From Phycisphaerales bacterium (GTDB lineage: Bacteria; Planctomycetota; Phycisphaerae; Sedimentisphaerales; UBA12454), in assembly GCA_039679715.1 (NCBI GenBank), contig JBDKUM010000235.1, positions 1 through 53,177 of the forward strand: 53,177 nucleotides of DNA. The letters are read 5' to 3'. A program made the position numbers and the translations under genes. The notes below the pieces were generated by a model. It did not search any database, had not been told where the DNA came from, and was given only the letters and a program-made list of their open reading frames with translations. Positions within the stretch are counted from its first letter, which is position 1. The number at the start of each line of letters is the position of its first letter. Of this stretch, positions 49,567 through 53,177 are shown one piece after another.

Positions 49567-51090
49567 ATGGGATTCGATTTTACAAACTTTGAAACCACTG
49601 GTCTTAGCTCAAATTATATCGACTGGCTTGTTGATGAACAATGGGTCGATATGCAGAATCATTTCGGGAGATTATGGGATTATTATCAAAATCCAATGTA
49701 TTGTCCTGCGGGATTGTCGGCAGCGGACGCGAAAATGAATGAATCTGCTAAAACATACATTCAGGCGCAGGAGATAGGATTGCCGGCACGAATCACGGGT
49801 ATTAAGCGGACAACGAAAAGCGGTGTTGTCGGCGGGAAAGCGGCGGCGGATATAGAGAGAAAAGAAGTTGTTATTGAAAATGATATCGGCTGGCGAATAA
49901 ACGCGATGGTAGATTTTTTGTTTGGTAAAGGTGTGGATATCGTCAGCAGAGCGGAAGATACAAGCAGAAGAAAAGAAATTGATAAAATCATCAAATCTGT
50001 ATTTGACGCAAATGGGGGAGTAAGATTTTTCCAGGATATGGCAGTGCTGGGAGCTGTTTACGGGTTTGTCGACTGTATAGTACGGCCGGGGCAAAAAATA
50101 GCGGATTATTTACAAATGCCCAACATGAATTTAGGTGCTAACGAGTTAATGGAACTTATTAGTGACTGCAACATAGAATTGATTGAGGCTCAAAGAGCAT
50201 TGCCTATTCTAGACGAAAGAGATTATCGTAAAATTAATTTTTATGTTCAGCATTTTATTGAGCAGAAAAACGACATTGCATCAGAAGGAAATTTTTTAAG
50301 AAAATTACTTTCGCCGGGAAATGGTAATTCAGGGCGAAAATCGATAGCAGTTACGGAAATCATTTCTTCGGATTGGTGGCAGAGATATGAAGATAAAGAA
50401 CTTACCGCGGAAGGACCCAATATAATCGGCATACTGCCGGTGGTTCACATTCAAAATATAGCACAGCCATTATATTATGAGGGAATAAGTGATGTTGAGG
50501 CTCTCATTCCTTTGCAGGATGAATTGAATACGAGATTGAGCGACAGAGCAAGCAGGATAACTTTCCAGGCATTTAAGATGTATCTGGCGAAAGGAATCGA
50601 AGGGGTTGAGAACAGGGCTGTATCGCCGGGCAGAATGTGGTGTACGGATAACCCGGAAGCAAGTATTCAACAGTTCGGGGGAGATGGTAATTCGCCAAGT
50701 GAAGATTCGCATATAGCTGAAATACGTGAAGCATTGGATAAGACGAGCGGTGTAACGCCAGTTGCGGCGGGGGTCTTGAAAGACAAAATCGGAAATCTCA
50801 CAAGTGCGATCGCTTTGAAAATGACTTTGATGGGAATGCTCGCCAAGACTGAACGGAAGCATTACGCATACGGACAAGGCATTAAGGAAATCGCAGCAAT
50901 GATCATGCATGTGCTGGATGTGACGAAGATTTATCCAAATTCCAAAGATGAGAGGAATTTCGATGTGATTTTCCCAAGCCCATTGCCGGAGAATATGGCT
51001 GAAAAGCTTGAGGAGGCGAAAATGAAATTAGAGATTGGTGTTCGACAGGAACAGGTATTACGAGAGCTTGGATACGAGATGAAAGTGTAA
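49567..51090 (+). CDS. Phage portal protein (SPP1 gp6-like)
   Basis: 507 aa; VDFLFGKGV, N.IGILPVVHI.N, GISDVE.LI.LQDELN..LS and TSAIALK patterns of SPP1-type portals; RBS GGAG. Confidence 0.8.
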   Translation: MGFDFTNFETTGLSSNYIDWLVDEQWVDMQNHFGRLWDYYQNPMYCPAGLSAADAKMNESAKTYIQAQEIGLPARITGIKRTTKSGVVGGKAAADIERKEVVIENDIGWRINAMVDFLFGKGVDIVSRAEDTSRRKEIDKIIKSVFDANGGVRFFQDMAVLGAVYGFVDCIVRPGQKIADYLQMPNMNLGANELMELISDCNIELIEAQRALPILDERDYRKINFYVQHFIEQKNDIASEGNFLRKLLSPGNGNSGRKSIAVTEIISSDWWQRYEDKELTAEGPNIIGILPVVHIQNIAQPLYYEGISDVEALIPLQDELNTRLSDRASRITFQAFKMYLAKGIEGVENRAVSPGRMWCTDNPEASIQQFGGDGNSPSEDSHIAEIREALDKTSGVTPVAAGVLKDKIGNLTSAIALKMTLMGMLAKTERKHYAYGQGIKEIAAMIMHVLDVTKIYPNSKDERNFDVIFPSPLPENMAEKLEEAKMKLEIGVRQEQVLRELGYEMKV

Positions 51091-51172
51091 AGTAATAAGT
51101 TTAAAGTGAAAAGTGAAAAGTTGTGGACGCTTTTGCGAGAATGATAATGAAACATTTGTAGAAAGGTTTTTA

Positions 51173-51712
51173 ATGAGTCAGAATGACGCAGAAAATTTGA
51201 GTTCAGAAGAACAAGAACAAAGCAGCGATTCGGCAGCAGAACGAATTGAAGCCGGAAAACTCGTTGATGTGAGTGAAGCAATTCGTTATCGGAAAAGAGC
51301 ACAGCTTGCTGAACAAAAGAAAACAATTCTGGAACAGGAACTTGTCAGTAAAAAAAGTGAAATTGAGAAATTAAATAAAAATATTTCACAAATGAAAATT
51401 GAGAGAGAATTGATTGATAAGTTTGTTTCGGCAGGTGTACGAGATTTAGAAGCTGCTGTAATAATCGGCAGAAGCAAACTCGAAAAAGATTCAGAAACAA
51501 GTGCCAGCGAAGTGGTTGAACAGATGAGGAAAGAAAAGGGTTATCTTTTTAATGAGCCTTCATCTGTAAAAGTCAGTTCTAAGACAAGCGGTGTCAAAGA
51601 TAAGTTGTCGGGGACGACAGGAACTCTGGAACGTGCGGCGAAAAAGGCAAGTCAAAGCAGTTCAAGAGCGGCTTTGCAGGAGTACCTGCGAACGAGAAGA
51701 AATTTGGTGTAG
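51173..51712 (+). CDS. Putative capsid scaffolding protein
   Basis: Acidic N-terminus, coiled coil, K.YLF motif, basic C-terminal helix; lies between portal and capsid; start at ATG 51173 after GAAAGG. Confidence 0.65.
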   Translation: MSQNDAENLSSEEQEQSSDSAAERIEAGKLVDVSEAIRYRKRAQLAEQKKTILEQELVSKKSEIEKLNKNISQMKIERELIDKFVSAGVRDLEAAVIIGRSKLEKDSETSASEVVEQMRKEKGYLFNEPSSVKVSSKTSGVKDKLSGTTGTLERAAKKASQSSSRAALQEYLRTRRNLV

Positions 51713-51714
51713 CC

Positions 51715-51766
51715 ACCCCCTCTGAATTTTATATTGAGGAATAAAATTCCTGAAAAAATTCGGGGG
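51715..51766 (+). other. Intercistronic hairpin before the capsid gene
   Basis: ccccc.ctgaatttt ... aaaattcggggg; no U-tract. Confidence 0.45.
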
Positions 51767-51827
51767 CTTGCGCGTTGCTTCAGCAAAGGCACAAAGATAA
51801 TTTTGAAATAAAGAAAGGGAATAAATT

Positions 51828-52982
51828 ATGGCATTTACAGGTAAAGCAACATATTCAGCGGGCGTAACATTGCCCGAAATAGCAGAAGACGTTTCTGATA
51901 TTGTGGGAATCATATCGCCAGTGGAAACTTTTTTGCTTGACGCTTTAGGCGACCCTATGCGTGAGGCGAAAAGCACATATCATGAATGGCTTGAGGATTC
52001 ACTGATTCCGAATAAAGATAATATCAATGACGCTTCTATAAGCGATCCGGATGGCGAGACGAGTTTCAACGTTGCAAACGGAAACCGATTCAGAACCGGA
52101 GACCAAATCCAAGCGGCAGAAAGTGAAGAACTCATGCTGGTAACGGGTGTTTCGGATAATACAATTACAGTTGTTCGAGGATACGCGGGTACAACGCCTG
52201 AAAATATTACAAACGGACAAGTGATATTTATTTTAGGCAACGCGGCTCTTGAAGGTGATGATAAGCCTGCGACGAGATTTACAAACCGGGTTCGCTACGG
52301 AAACTACACGCAGATATTTACGGCCGGTGTTGAAGTCAGCGGAACGAATATCGCAGCAAGTCATTTGGGCATTTCGGATGAGATGGATTATCAGAAATCG
52401 GAAAGACTGCGCGAGCTTATTCGTGATTTGGAAAATACAGTAATTAACGGCGGTCAGGCTGCGGCTAATCCGCAAGGTTCAGGAACTGTTCGAAGGAGCA
52501 TGAAGGGTCTGGTTCAAAGCATTGCAACAAATGTTTTCAGGCCTGGCGATACAGGATTTCCGAGCGGTACAGGTCTGGATGAAGCAAAGCTTAATTACGT
52601 TCTTCGTCAGATTTGGGAGAACAGCTGCGGCAATGTTGATTTGATAGTTGTCGGAGGCTATCAGAAACGAAAGATTAATTCATTCCTCACTGCAAGCAGA
52701 AGCTTTGGTCCTGCTGATAAAGCTTACACTGATATGGTGAGCGTTTATGAAAGCGATTTCGGAGTATGCAGGATAATCACAAGCAGATGGGTTCCGCAAG
52801 ATGCTGTATTGCTCCTTGACACCTCACGTATAAGCGTTTTGCCTTTGGCAGGCAGAAGCTTCCATTTCAAACCACTTGCGAGCAGCGGCGATTATGAATG
52901 CGGACAGCTAATTGGCGAATACACGCTGGAATTCAAGAACGAAGCTGCACACGGGATTATCAGAGACCTGGCAATCAGCTAA
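51828..52982 (+). CDS. Major capsid protein (DUF5309/SU10-like, HK97 fold) with inserted beta domain
   Basis: EDVSDIV..ISP.ETF, HEWLED.L, NYTQIF, RRSM.GL, YESDFG, R.VP.D, GEYTLE..NE.AHG.I motifs. Confidence 0.82.
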   Translation: MAFTGKATYSAGVTLPEIAEDVSDIVGIISPVETFLLDALGDPMREAKSTYHEWLEDSLIPNKDNINDASISDPDGETSFNVANGNRFRTGDQIQAAESEELMLVTGVSDNTITVVRGYAGTTPENITNGQVIFILGNAALEGDDKPATRFTNRVRYGNYTQIFTAGVEVSGTNIAASHLGISDEMDYQKSERLRELIRDLENTVINGGQAAANPQGSGTVRRSMKGLVQSIATNVFRPGDTGFPSGTGLDEAKLNYVLRQIWENSCGNVDLIVVGGYQKRKINSFLTASRSFGPADKAYTDMVSVYESDFGVCRIITSRWVPQDAVLLLDTSRISVLPLAGRSFHFKPLASSGDYECGQLIGEYTLEFKNEAAHGIIRDLAIS

Positions 52983-52992
52983 CTGACATCCA

Positions 52993-53087
52993 GGAATCTC
53001 TAAATTCCAAGAATTGAGATTGCCGCGGTCGTCCAAAAGACTCCCTCCCTAAAGGGATTGAAATCGCAATGACATTTTTGGAGATAC
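52993..53087. repeat. Family C MITE/REP-like element directly after the capsid gene
   Basis: ggaatctctaaattccaagaattgagattgcc...cgcaatgacatttttggagat. Confidence 0.8.
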
Positions 53088-53095
53088 GTTCAGGA

Positions 53096-53170
53096 TTTTT
53101 CGGCCGGGTATGTATATCTACAAAACATCCATTTGCGTAAAGGGTAGATATTCGCCCGGCTGAAATTTTT
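53096..53170 (+). terminator. Long hairpin followed by a T-run; possible terminator of the head operon
   Basis: tttcggccggg pairs with cccggctgaaa and tatctac with gtagata, followed by ttttttt. Confidence 0.5.
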
Positions 53171-53177
53171 TTACCAT

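Noticed and set aside
49567-52982. Encapsulin nanocompartment
   Set aside because: Portal and scaffold genes are present and the capsid motifs are phage DUF5309-like; encapsulins lack portals.

Overview
This is a 53-kb, AT-leaning bacterial chromosome segment. The gene content suggests an anaerobic Planctomycetota (Phycisphaerae-like) organism; that assignment is inference. Most of the window is housekeeping and metabolism: tsaD end, split nnrD/nnrE, aroF, dinB, csp, HU/IHF, an NfnAB-type pair, pta, tRNA-Arg(ACG), surE, a pseudouridine synthase, xth, an Rrf2-cysK-cysE-nadA-metY-nifU-nifS operon, an M16 peptidase pair, frameshifted msrBA, several CAZymes, rlmN, a phosphomannomutase, an LpoB lipoprotein operon and menA. 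Intergenic regions are full of REP/MITE-like elements and 6-9-bp tandem repeats. Two unexplained items stand out and may be one system. (1) A phage head module (portal, scaffold, major capsid; 49567-52982) starts abruptly beside housekeeping genes with no integrase or terminase upstream and is flanked by host repeats, so it is a candidate domesticated capsid or GTA-like locus. (2) An ORF-free, roughly 430-nt minus-strand region (10876-11305) folds into nested long-range stems enclosing five hairpins with a bulged purine, so it is a candidate novel ncRNA. Both begin with the same 27-nt motif, GCGCAAGTTC-N4-TAAGGGTRGAAGG. All product calls come from motif recognition by eye; no database searches or folding programs were run.
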